Source of the DNA: Takakia lepidozioides
Taxonomy: Eukaryota; Plantae; Bryophyta
NCBI GenBank assembly: GCA_030704615.1
Contig: CM060732.1
Coordinates: 44,082,001 to 44,146,000, forward strand
Direction: 5' to 3'
Length of the DNA stretch: 64,000 nt
This document shows positions 53,728 through 64,000 of this stretch, one piece after another. Numbering within the stretch: the stretch's first letter is position 1; each line of letters starts with the position of its first letter. The position numbers were made by a program, and so were the translations under genes. The notes beneath the pieces are model-generated. The model saw only the letters and a list, made by a program, of their open reading frames with translations, was not told the DNA's origin and ran no database searches.

Positions 53728-55000
53728 GTGCCACCAATTGCTGAGGAGAGTGCCGGTACGAGCATCAGCGATACTAGTGGGTATACAAGACGGGGTTTGC
53801 GGTTTAGGCCACCTTCACTTTCAGTGTCTTCTGAGGAAGGTTCAGACTCAGAGTTAGAAGGATTCTCGCCAAGGGTGCAAGCCATTTCCGTGCCATTGTT
53901 GTGGGATACGATGGAGGAAATGTATGGAGCTACCAAGGGGCCACGTTGGTACCCTGGAGCTGTGGGCACCATCGAGCTTGATGATTTCATACATAAGTTT
54001 GATAGTTGGTGTGATTTGCAGCAGATGCGCAATCCACAACTGTTTACGTCTTTTATGGCGTGGAAGGGGCTGTTTCAGCACCTTGAGGGGCCGCCCATGG
54101 ATGACTACCATGAGTTTAGGCGGAGACATGAGGTGGAGATTGAAGAATGGCGGGTGTATTGGTCACCTGACTATGTCTCCATCACTAGAGGCACAAGGGC
54201 AGTGGTGACACCGGCAGCTACACCGGCAGCTACTGCAAGCAACAGTGGGACGTCAAGTGGAACAGGAGCTGGGAAGTCCACCCAAGCTCCTGCTGCAGCA
54301 CCAACACCCGTGCTTGTCTTTTAACCCAGTTGTGGAGTTCTTCGAGGAGTTGAGGAGAAACTACCAAGGGATAAGGACAAAGAAGTTGCGGAGCTTGCAA
54401 GAGTTCCAACGAAGGTCTAGTGAGAGTTTGATGGAGGCTTACACTCACATGAGGCGTTTGGTAAATGTAACCCAAGGGGTTACAGAAGCTCAAGCAGTCC
54501 AGTTCTGGTATGGGATCCTGGACAAGGAATTGAGGAGAAGGGTGCGGGATGCAACTCTCCTACAAGTGGACCAACCCACCTTAGCAAATGTGTTTTTGCT
54601 GGCAGAGTGGATAGAGCTCGATATGGTGGAGGAGCGAGTGGTCATGGTGGGGTTTGGTAAGGAGACACAACGAAGTGGGGCTCCTGGCCAACAACAACCA
54701 CTACCCCAACATGCTCAAGGCAAGCAGGGGGCTCAGGTGAAGCCCAGGGAAGGGCCGAGAGGATCTCAATTGCAGAGGTCACTTCCTTCATTCTCAGGCC
54801 AACAATAGTCGGGTGTGACATGTTGGGATTGTGGAGGACCCCATGTTAAGAGAGATTTCCCGGAGAGAGGCAAAGGGCTGGCACAAGCACAGCCTACACA
54901 ACTACAATGTGGGCATTGTGGCAAGTATGGGCATGAAGAGGCCCATTGTTATGACTTGCATCCTGAGCTACGGCCAGGCCAGTTCCAACCAAGGCATGGT
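53728..55000 (+). pseudogene. Gag-like region with two zinc knuckles
   Basis: FFEELRRNYQG...LQEFQRRSSESLMEAYTHMRRL; CWDCGGPHVKRDFP and CGHCGKYGHEEAHC; frameshift and stop present. Confidence 0.8.
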
Positions 55001-55699
55001 AGATAGGTTTGCCCAGCTAGAGCAACGACTTGCTACCATGGCCACTACTCATGTTGCGCCAGCTCCAAGGCCTGAGGTTCAAGCCCCACCTGCACAACCT
55101 CATATGCCTAGGGAAGACCAGATTGGTATGGGCTTCATGTGTGGAGCCGCACTTGCAGGACCATTGCATGTGGACTCTGTAGCTGCAGTCACTCAAACAG
55201 CAACGGGTGCTCCTGAGCCAAGAGGAGCAGATGTGGATTTTGATCCACAAAGAGGGGAAGCAAGTCAACAGACAAGGCTTCCACAGTCTTTCACATTGGC
55301 TAAGACAGTGCCAACTACGCCATCGATGGTACCCGCTCGCCCAAGTGTGTCAGAGGTAGAGCCACGAGTGCCAGTGGGGAGAATTGGTGTAGCCCGGGAA
55401 ATGCCAGTGGGTGGTGCTGCAAAGAAGGGTGCAACCAGTACATTGTTGGGGGCGGCTACGGCAATTTGCCAAGCTCCATTGTTTTCTGTCATGACAATTG
55501 CAATGCCGGGGATGCGGCCAGCTGCAGTGTTTAGACTGGCAGCTGCACTCTATGAGAGTGGTGATGCATTGGCACTATCTGCGGGGATAGCGGATCAGGT
55601 GCATGGATGCCCTGGATTCAAGGGTGAAGACAACCACAGCTGCGCCATGGCAAACGGCAGCTGCAAGGTTGCAAGAGTTGCCAGCTAGACCAGCCATTG

Positions 55700-56160
55700 A
55701 GCGGAGTATGGTGACTCATGGGGTAGTCCTGGTGGACAATCAGGATGGTATGTTTCAGTTGGGTGGCCCGGCCAGGATGAGGTATAGGCCACTGCGGGTC
55801 TTGTTGGACTCGGGAGCACAACCATTGATGTTGGGGAGAGCAGCAATTGCAGGCTTGGGTCTTACAGAGGCGGATTTGGAGCCTTGCCCTTTCCAAATTC
55901 AAACATCTTTGGGTGGTTCAGAGAAGGCACGAGGGATTACACGCCATGAGCTCTTCATTCGATTGCAGCCAGATCATCCTACAAATGGTTTTGTCATGAG
56001 AGCTAAAGTCATTGTTACAGACGCGATGTCTTATGATGTACTTGTTGGTGTGGCTGTGTTATACCCGATGGGTTTTACTTTGGACTTTTGGGAGAAAACG
56101 ACATCCTACAGGGAATGGCAGTCAGGGGATGGTCGGCATGCACCGCTCCCAGTGCGGTTT
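55700..56160 (+). pseudogene. Retropepsin aspartic protease domain
   Basis: VLLDSGAQP at 55798 and downstream YDVLVG(V)AVL. Confidence 0.85.
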
Positions 56161-56514
56161 ATTGGGAATGTAGCGGTGGATCATAGGAACATGATGTCCA
56201 CATTGGCTGCATTCTCAGGGGTGGTGGCTTGGGGTGGTGAGCTCTTGGAGTGCAATAGCCATGCGGATGATAGGCCACCACCCGAAGAGGACAAACAATT
56301 GGCATACAAGGCTGATTTGCTTCCTCATGTGTCTGTTCATATTCCACTGTGGGGTACAGTTAGGAATTTGCATCGAGTAACAGGCGAGTGTGTGCACCAA
56401 GCATGGCAGGAGGCCTATCCATTGGTGAGTGAGGGGAGTTCAGTGACATCACCTGGACCTCCTCAGTTAGCTCCTTTGGATATAGTGCCCATTACCTGGC
56501 AACCACCTGACTCA

Positions 56515-57450
56515 GGGATTTGTTTGCTAGACCTGTTTGGAGGCATGAGCACTGGGCTTGCAGGAGTGTTGCAAGCTGGGATTAAAGTACGCAAGTACTT
56601 ATATGTGGAGAAGGATGAGATAGCTCGGCGTATTTCTATGCGTCACATCGCTTTGCTCACACATCGGTATCCTGAGTTGTTGCCTCTCTCAGCAATTCAA
56701 GGGTATCAAAAGGCCTTGCCAGCAGACATTACCTTGCTGGGGGCGGATGATTTGGACCGGCATGGTGCCATTGACTTGGTGATAGCTGGATGGCCTTGCC
56801 AATGACACTTCCCGTAGGTCATGGGAACGGCTTGCATGATGCACGATCGCATTTGTTTTGGGAGATGTTGAGAGTGTTGCGTGACTTGCAGACGAGGCAA
56901 GTGCAACCTCTAGCCTATATCTTGGAGAATGTTCTTCTTATGGGGGACTCTCGGGCCAGGGTTATGGCCAGTGTGCATCAGGTGCGGTCTTGGATTGGAT
57001 TCAGCGGTGGTATCACAAGCGCATCGACCTCGATTGTGGTGGACCAATCTTGCACCACCAGAGCTGCTCAAGAGAGCATACGATTCCATTCAACGGCCAC
57101 CCAATTTCATAGTTGAGGGCATTTTGGACCAAGGGAGGCAACCACAGAGGGTGCGACATGATGACCGTCCACCTCTAGCAGTGGTAAATCGAGTGGGGCA
57201 GCCATGTGCGGCCTTGCCTACGCTCATGAGCTTTCCCTCGTCACATGCTTTTCGAGACAATGGTCCTGGGTTGATTTGGGACAGTGTGCTACATCAATTG
57301 GTGGACCCCAATGCAGATGAGCGAGAGCGGGCAATGGGATTTGCCACGGGCACTACAGCTGTGCCAGCTCTGTCAGAGGCATCATGCCGACATGTGTTGG
57401 GTCAAGCAATGGATCTAAATTGCTTGACATGGGTCATTGGCTTGTGCATG
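56515..57450 (+). pseudogene. C5 cytosine DNA methyltransferase domain (DNMT3-like, canonical motif order) within the polyprotein
   Basis: I LLDLFGG, II YLYVEKD, III ADIT, IV DLVIAGWPCQ, V/VI RSHLFWEMLRVL...YILENV, VIII AHRPRLWWTNL, IX ERERAMGF..GTT, X RHVLGQAMD. Stop at 56803 and two frameshifts. Confidence 0.92.
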
Positions 57451-57899
57451 GCTGAGCAACGGAGGTTGCAGACAGTGGTGGCTACTTCTGCACTTCTATT
57501 TGGTATTGTATCCCCTCTGCCAACCGGGACGGTTGAGGCAGTGAGTGGGGGCGAGCACAGGATCATGGGGTGCAAACACCCATGGCAGATGTGGGATGAG
57601 ATGCGCAAAGAGAGAGTCATTGGATCTCTCAAGCAGCAGTATGAGGAGTGGGGAGAGCCATACACGGAGGATCAGTTGGAGGCCAAGATGGCCAATATTT
57701 TTGAAGAGGTTGAGAATGTTTTTTCCCCAGAGGATGTTCTCAAGGTGGCTATGGCGGAGCAAGTGGAGGCTACGCCACGGTTAGGGTGGGCGGATAAAGC
57801 CCAAGAGGTTGCTATCTAGCAACCAAAGGATGTGAATCCTACTTCCAAGCCTGGTGTACCCAAGGTTGCAGTCACTGAGGACAACTGGGAACCAGATGT

Positions 57900-59310
57900 T
57901 GGACCTACAGTCACCGGAGGAGAGAGACGGAGGATCCATCAATTTCTAAGGGCTTATAGAAATTGCTTTGCCTTCGGTTTGAAGGATTTGGGGAGTTTGA
58001 AGGGCCAGGAAATTTGTATTGATTTGGCAAGTGACACGCCAATCTTTCGGAGGCCCTACCGGTATAGTGACATGAAGAGGTCATTGATCCAGTCACAGAC
58101 TATGGAGTTGTTCGAAGCTGGATTGGTGGAGTTATCAGGCGGGGAGTATGCCTCGGCAATGGTGATACCAGCTAAGAAGGATATCTATGGCAATTGGACA
58201 GAAAGAAGGATGTGTGGGGACTATCGTCCTGTGAACCGTCAGACTAAGTCCGATAGATATGCCATGCCAACTCCAGATGAAAATCTTTGATACCATTGGG
58301 CATGCGAAGGTGTTTAGCACATTGGACTTGCAATCCAGTTACCACCAGTTGCCAATCAAAGAGGCTGACAAGCAAAAGACGACATTCTGGGGGATTGACC
58401 AACATGGGAAGGATTGTTTGTACCAATGGCGCTTCCTATCGTTTGGGTTGAAGAATGCTCCTGCAGAGTTTCAGAGGGTTATGGATAACATTCTCGCGGG
58501 GCTAGACTTTGCCCGGTGTTACATTGATGACATCATTGTCTTTAGTGCTACGGTTGAGGAGCATGAGAGACACCTTCAGGTGGTGTTTGAGCGCTTGAGA
58601 GCGCATGGGTTGAAATTGCACCCCTGGGAAGTGCAAGTTCTTCCAAAACCAGATTGAGTATCTGGGCCACATGATATACCCTGGAGGATTGGGTGTTCAA
58701 AAGACGAAGGTGGAGGCCATTGCACGCATTCCACGCCCCATAGATGTTAGCAGAGTTCGTGCTTTCATGGGGTTGGCAAACTACTATCGATGGTTTGTCA
58801 AGGGATTTAACAGCATTGCAAAGGCTCTTACTAAGTTGACCAAGGTGGGTCAGGAGTGGCAGTGGGAGGAGGAGCATGAGGAAGCCTTTGAGGAACTCAA
58901 GGCTCGATTGACTTCTGCACCTATTCTGAGGCGGCCTTTCCAGCTACATACGGATTGGAGTATGTTGGGGATTGGAGCAGTGCTCACACAGATGGATGAT
59001 GAGGGAAGAGAGTTCGTAGTGGCATATGCTAGCCGCTCAAACAATGATGCCGAGGCGAAGTATAGTTCCTATGAAGGGGAGTGTCTAGCTGCGGTATGGG
59101 CAATGACACATTTCAAATGCTACCTCTATGGCAATCTCTTCACCATTGTTACAGATCACCAACCATTGAAGTGGTTGATGGAGTCAGACAAGCTTACAGG
59201 GAAGCTTGCACGGTGGGCACTTATACTTCAAGAATACGACTTTTAGGTGGTGCATCGAGCCGGTATTGTCAATTGGGATGCAGATGGATTGAGTCGTAAT
59301 CCATGCACGA
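57900..59310 (+). pseudogene. Ty3/Gypsy reverse transcriptase and RNase H
   Basis: RMCGDYRPVN, FSTLDLQSSYHQ, FGLKNAPAEFQR, CYIDDII, LHTDWS, YSSYEGECLA, TDHQPLKWL, KLARWAL. Confidence 0.96.
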
Positions 59311-59359
59311 GCGAGCATGATGATACTGGAGCTCGGTGGCATGGTGAGACGGATGAGGA

Positions 59360-59626
59360 GAGGGTCAAGATGGCATGGTATGGAAGGACCATGTGTGCAC
59401 TTGTGCGCCATGTCACCTTCCATATGTGGATGGGAGGATAGATCCCAACCTTGCAGTGGTACCTGCAGGGTTGCGTTGCATGCTATGTGGGCATGCTGGT
59501 GGTGCCGCGACCATGTTGGTGTGTGACAAATGCTCAAGGGGGTGGCACATGGGATGCTTGATACCGCCACTTGAGGAGGTTCCTAGTGGAGAATGGTTGT
59601 GTCCACGATGCCTTGGACATAGGTAG
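59360..59626 (+). pseudogene. Polyprotein C-terminal tail with PHD finger
   Basis: C4HC3 pattern CMLC-x11-CDKCSRGWHMGCLIPPLEEVPSGEWLCPRC at 59477-59611. Confidence 0.92.
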
Positions 59627-59970
59627 TGGGCATGACAATGGTGGAATTGACAAGTGATCCAAGGTCTAGCTGATGGGAGCTCAACGTCGTGGATATTTAA
59701 TTGAAGATCGTGGATTGCAGGAAGGCGAGTAATGATGGGGCTACTTTTGCACCCGGCCTCTTGATCTATGGACTTTAGATATTGGAACATGTGCGATTGA
59801 AGACCAAGCGATGATTTTATTGAGATGGATACTTGTCAGCTATCCGGTGTTAGAGGGACCTAATCACCAGCTAGGGGGGCGATTGTGGCATAGCTTTCTA
59901 GGATTGTGTGCTTAGAATGTATGGTAGACAGCGATGTATGTTGTGGCACGATGCTTAGGTGCACGATAGT

Positions 59971-60420
59971 TGTCATGGTTTTAGTCATGGTTAACTAGAA
60001 TTACCTACTTCTAGTTAACTAGGACATTTTGGATATTTATATTTGTATTTTGTTTGTTGGGACTTCATTTGGTCTCACATGCCAAGTGAGGTGTCAAACC
60101 TCACTTGGGACATGGGGATGGGTTTTCCCCTTGTGAGTGTTGAGGAGGGCTCATCTTGTAGTTGAGCCTCCATGAGCCTCTCCCACCTCCATATCTCTAG
60201 GTATTGAGAGGAGTGTGGTGAGGGCTTTGTAGGGTGGATTCCTTTAGCAAAGGTGCCCTTGGCTTGACTTAGTTTATGTGATTGAGTGGATTCATGAGTG
60301 GAGTGTTTCCATTGTGTGTTCACTTTCATTATCATTGTGGCATAACTTTCTAGGATTGTATGCTTAGAATGTGTGATGGACAACGATGTATGTTGTGGCA
60401 TGATGCTTAGGTGCACGACA
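59971..60420 (+). repeat. LTR-like unit (450 bp), TGTCATG...CACGACA
   Basis: 6/7 terminal inverted match; a related copy lies at 62642-62905 on the minus strand. Confidence 0.7.
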
Positions 60421-60439
60421 GCTGTCATGGTTTTTGAGC

Positions 60440-61520
60440 TTCATTTTTGAATAATTTGAGACGAGCTCACAAAACGATTAGAAGTAGTAGGGGAAGTTCC
60501 GGCCCATAAGAAATTACGAACAAAAGTCTTGATCTGTTTGATTATTTACCAAGCCTAGATCATTGCCCCAAGGCTTACAGAGTCAGGAGCAGGAGAGTCA
60601 GGAGGCAAGGACATCCAAAGCATTGATAACATTGAGATGAGAGCTATTGTCAATTAAGTGAACATTATCATCAGCATAGAAAGAAGCCTTGATAGGCATG
60701 GATCTAGGAATAGCTAGACCTCTGACATTAGTGACAGAGTCTAACAGATGTCCAAGACCACCCGTAGCAATGATGAAGAGGAAAGGGGCAAGAGGACAGC
60801 CCTGTCTCACAGAGAGGTGGAGCGGAAAGGATGAAGACAGGGCACCGTATCACAATGACTCTAGTGCCCAGGGATGTAGAAACAAAAAAGAATTTTGACC
60901 CAGGCTAGAAACATACCATTAATACCCACTTTTTTCAAAGCACTAAGGAGAAAAGGCCAATCAACATTGTCAAAATCTTCTCAAAGTCCAACATAAGCAT
61001 CGAGCCATTGGTTGGTTTGCAACGAAGGCTTGGTGCAATACTTCATGAACTCCAGAATCAAACGATTCCTAAGGAAGCCAGATTGTTCAGGGTGAACAAT
61101 TTTATTAAGCAAGGGCTGAAGCCAAATGGCTAAGGCCTTAGCAATAATCTTATAAACACAATTGAACAAGGTTATGGGCCTATCATTAGAGATTTGGTCC
61201 CGATTCCCATTCTTATATATGAAAGTAATAACTCCTTGCGAAATTTTAGAGGGCAAAATACCCTTAAGAAGCACGTCATTGGCCATGGCCAGGAAGTCCT
61301 CCCCTACATCCTGCCATAAGGCCTTAAAGAACTCAATAGGCATGTCGTCCAAACCAAGAGCTTTCAGAGGACTAAGCCACTCCACAGTTTGGAGAAGTTC
61401 GAGAGAGGAGAAGGGAGTAGAAAAGATGCTCTGCTCCGCTGATGACAGAATAGAGGAATGGAGGCAAGAACTCTGGAGCGATTGACAATCTCCACAGAAC
61501 TGATAAATTGTTTGCCACAC
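60440..61520 (-). mobile_element. L1-type LINE reverse transcriptase remnant
   Basis: KALGLDDMPIEFFK, RPITLFNCVYKIIAKALA, HPEQSGF, RQGCPLAPFLF, FYADD. Confidence 0.9.
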
Positions 61521-62060
61521 TCAAGAAGCATTCAATGGGCCCGTACTCTACCCACTCCTCCCCCTCTGCCCTCACTATCCTCCTACTTACACAACAAAGA
61601 TCTCCTAACAATCCCCACCCCCTCCTTCAACTCCCTCCTGGCGTCACACTTCTGGCCACCATTGAACCAAACCAGCTACACCATTTACATAACCCGCCCT
61701 TCCCTAAATACCTCCGTCGCCTGGAACCCACCATGACGTCATTACTATAGGTCCAAAACATTTCCCCCACCTCCATTCCCATCTCCTCCCCTCCCACCCT
61801 ACACCATCTACTCGTACGTACATGGGGGATGAAAGTTTCCACCCAGCCCTCTCTACGCACCCTCACTCCATCCCCTTTGACCCATCACCCTCCTATTTCC
61901 CAAGGTCAACCCAAGCAAGGCCTGGATGAGGGCGCTGCCGCGCCCCCCTCCTGCCCCTCTCTTGACTTATACTGACCCACCGATTTCCCATCAACGTAAG
62001 CCGCTCAAATTCTCTCCATCTCACTCTCATTATACCGATGGCTCCCTATCCAGCTCTAAC

Positions 62061-62500
62061 CACTACTATGTTTAGGGGGGGTTAGCGACGTCGGGACCCC
62101 GGGCACACCGGACGTGACGACCCTCCTGCGATTGTAGCGCCGCGCAGGCGCCCGACCCGGAAATTGCGACGTCGGCCTGTCGCCGCCGCGCCGGTGACGC
62201 TTCGCCTGCTTGCCATTCCGCCACGTCGCTGCTGTTGGGGCATGACCCGCCAGCGAGCTGGGGGTTGCGACGCCCGGGCGTCGCACGTACCCTTTGCGAC
62301 GCTCCCGCAAGGCTGGACTACCGAAAATTGCAACAACATCCCCTCACACTTAGGCGCGTGGGGAGGGCCGAGCCAGCTCGCGCTGGGGTTTGCGACGTCC
62401 AGACGTCGCCGCAATGCCACAATGGCGAGGTTGCGATTCCTTAGCAGTGGCAGGCCTGTTGGGGCGTCACAAGTGCCCTCTTGCCTAGGGGTCTAGGATT
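62061..62500 (+). mobile_element. CACTA left terminus with GCGACG subterminal repeats
   Basis: CACTACTATGTTTAGGGGGGGTTAGCGACGTC followed by many GCGACG/CGTCGC copies. Confidence 0.7.
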
Positions 62501-62641
62501 GGGGATTGCTGCTACGTAATAAAAAAAAAATTGCCGTGTTTTGTTCGGTGAATTCGACCCTTGCACCACTACATCCGTGCAAAATATTAGTCCACTTAGC
62601 CAAGTGAAAACATTCTAGAGTGGAGAGAAGTGCCTCTTGTT

Positions 62642-62905
62642 TGTCGTGCACCTAAGCATCGTGCCACAACATACATCGTTGTCCACCATACATTCTAAGC
62701 ACACAATCCTAGAAAGCTATGCCACAAGATGAGCCCTCCTCAACCCTCACAAGGGGAAAACCCATCCCCATGTCCTAAGTGAGGCTTGACACCTCACTTG
62801 GCATATGAGACCAAATGAAGTCCCAACACACAAAATATAAATATAAATATCTAAAATGTCATAGTTAACTAGAAGTAGGTAATTCTAGTTAACCATGACT
62901 AAAAC
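62642..62905 (-). repeat. Internally deleted solo copy of the 59971-60420 LTR
   Basis: The reverse complement matches 59978-60157 joined to 60336-60420 through TTGT microhomology. Confidence 0.85.
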
Positions 62906-63865
62906 GGCCTTGGGGTTATTGATCCTAATGCACAAGTTCTGGCTTTGCTTGCGCAGCACATCTCCTCGCCATGGAGCTTACTTGTCAGACAACATATCAT
63001 CAACTTTGTTAATCCTTCGTCTTCTAATCTTTGGCCGCCATCTTTGAAATGGATAGTTCAAGGGACCCCCTAGCTCCGGGACAGTAAGGCATGGCTTTAG
63101 GGCTTGGCAATCCATTTGGGATGTCTGGCCTCGCATGAGGCCCCATCTCTCACAAAAATTTCCTTCTAATGCTGATGAAGCTCTGCGGCAACCCCTATAA
63201 TTCACTAACTGTACAACATTGATTCAGATCTGCTACTACAGTGTGCCAGATGTTGGAGTCAGCAGGAGAATGGTAGTATTTCTGATCATCTCTCCCACAT
63301 CTGGGAAAATGGCATCCCCCTCCCAAAGACTATTGCCACCACCGGTCTTTCCAACCGCGCAGCTGATGCTACTTGGAACTTGATTGTGGAGGAAATTCCC
63401 ATTTCCTGGATTTTGTTGACATCTCTGACTCCATGTCAACCAAATTGCACTTTATGCTTGGCTAGGTCATTTAAGTGATCACTCTTGCTTTGCTTTCTTA
63501 GCGCTTCACGGTAGACTGCATGAGTTCAATATCTTGCAAGGGAAATTCAAGGTCGATTAGATAGGATCTGTTCACTCTCCTTGCAGGAGCGAAATGTCTA
63601 TTTTGGACCTCCTCTTAATTAGAGTTATTTGCCTTTCATCGAGGCAAGTGGATCCCCTTCCGCCGATGTGCATTTTACAGTATACTGATATTTTTCGTTG
63701 GTTTCTGAGAGCTTCATTAAAATTGCTTCAATTTGATCCCGGGGAATGGCTTTGGATGATTAAAAAACATGACCCTTTTTTCGGGTATACTGTGAAACTT
63801 GGTTACTCTCTACTGATTCCTACTAACTCCATGGATAGGAAATGCTTTTATAAATGGAGATATCT
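62906..63865 (+). mobile_element. LINE ORF2 C-terminal remnant
   Basis: Starts GLGVIDPNAQVLALLA (GGLG-type motif downstream of RT); heavily decayed. Confidence 0.5.
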
Positions 63866-63868
63866 AGA

Positions 63869-64000
63869 GGGGGGAATGCTAGAGTGTGAGCCTAGCCACA
63901 TGAGCCTAGGAGTCTGTGAGCCCAAGAGCCTGACGTGAGCTCAGTCCACGTGGCACGAGAATGGGGGAAGATGCAGGGTGTATTTCCACGGATGAGCACC
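63869..64000 (+). mobile_element. Left end of a MITE-like element of the 27050-27726 family
   Basis: GGGGGAATGCTAGA followed by TGAGCC repeats. Confidence 0.45.

Larger units (their letters stand above)
52316..60434 (+). mobile_element. Decayed Ty3/Gypsy-type LTR retrotransposon: gag - protease - C5 DNA methyltransferase - RT - RNase H - (integrase core missing) - PHD
   Basis: Domain order read from collinear frameshifted ORFs 53728-59626; polypurine tract AGGGGGG at 59873-59879; terminal repeats shared between 52316-52363 and 59971-60018. Confidence 0.9.

Noticed and set aside
56515-57450. Host DRM/DNMT3 gene or bacterial restriction-modification MTase
   Set aside because: Intronless, in frame with the protease and collinear with RT; motif order is not permuted and there is no adjacent nuclease.
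52316-60434. DIRS/Ngaro tyrosine-recombinase element
   Set aside because: No recombinase ORF; an aspartic protease, Gypsy-type RT/RNase H and a polypurine tract are present, and the MTase is C5-type rather than the adenine type of DIRS.

Overview
Nuclear DNA of a non-seed land plant, most likely a bryophyte with extreme plastid C-to-U editing. The AHL protein is moss-like and Takakia- or Haplomitrium-like hosts would fit; this assignment is inference. From left to right: (1) 1-6804 is a scrambled cluster of OSB-type PDF-motif and PLS-PPR/DYW gene fragments. Part of it lies in a probable non-autonomous Helitron (3917-6351), and all of it lies left of a CACTA right terminus (6804). (2) A LINE 3' remnant with poly(A). 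(3) An intact intronless AT-hook/PPC (AHL) gene and a two-exon single-TM gene. (4) MITE and LINE-ORF1 debris. (5) A ~7.7 kb mosaic plastid insertion (NUPT: rbcL, psaB, chlB, trnA/trnI pieces plus trnT-psbD-psbC-trnS-psbZ-trnG-trnfM-rps14) frozen in the unedited state. (6) An intact six-exon cofactor-independent phosphoglycerate mutase homologue that lacks its catalytic Ser and two metal ligands. (7) A decayed PIF/Harbinger element. (8) A decayed Ty3/Gypsy-type retrotransposon whose polyprotein carries a DNMT3-like C5 cytosine methyltransferase between protease and RT plus a C-terminal PHD finger; the integrase core is missing and the terminal repeats are unusually split. (9) LINE, CACTA and solo-LTR fragments. 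The strongest candidates for an undescribed system are the methyltransferase-carrying retrotransposon in a land plant, the transposon-driven shuffling of OSB/PPR/DYW modules, and the iPGM pseudoenzyme. All alignments and counts were made by eye.
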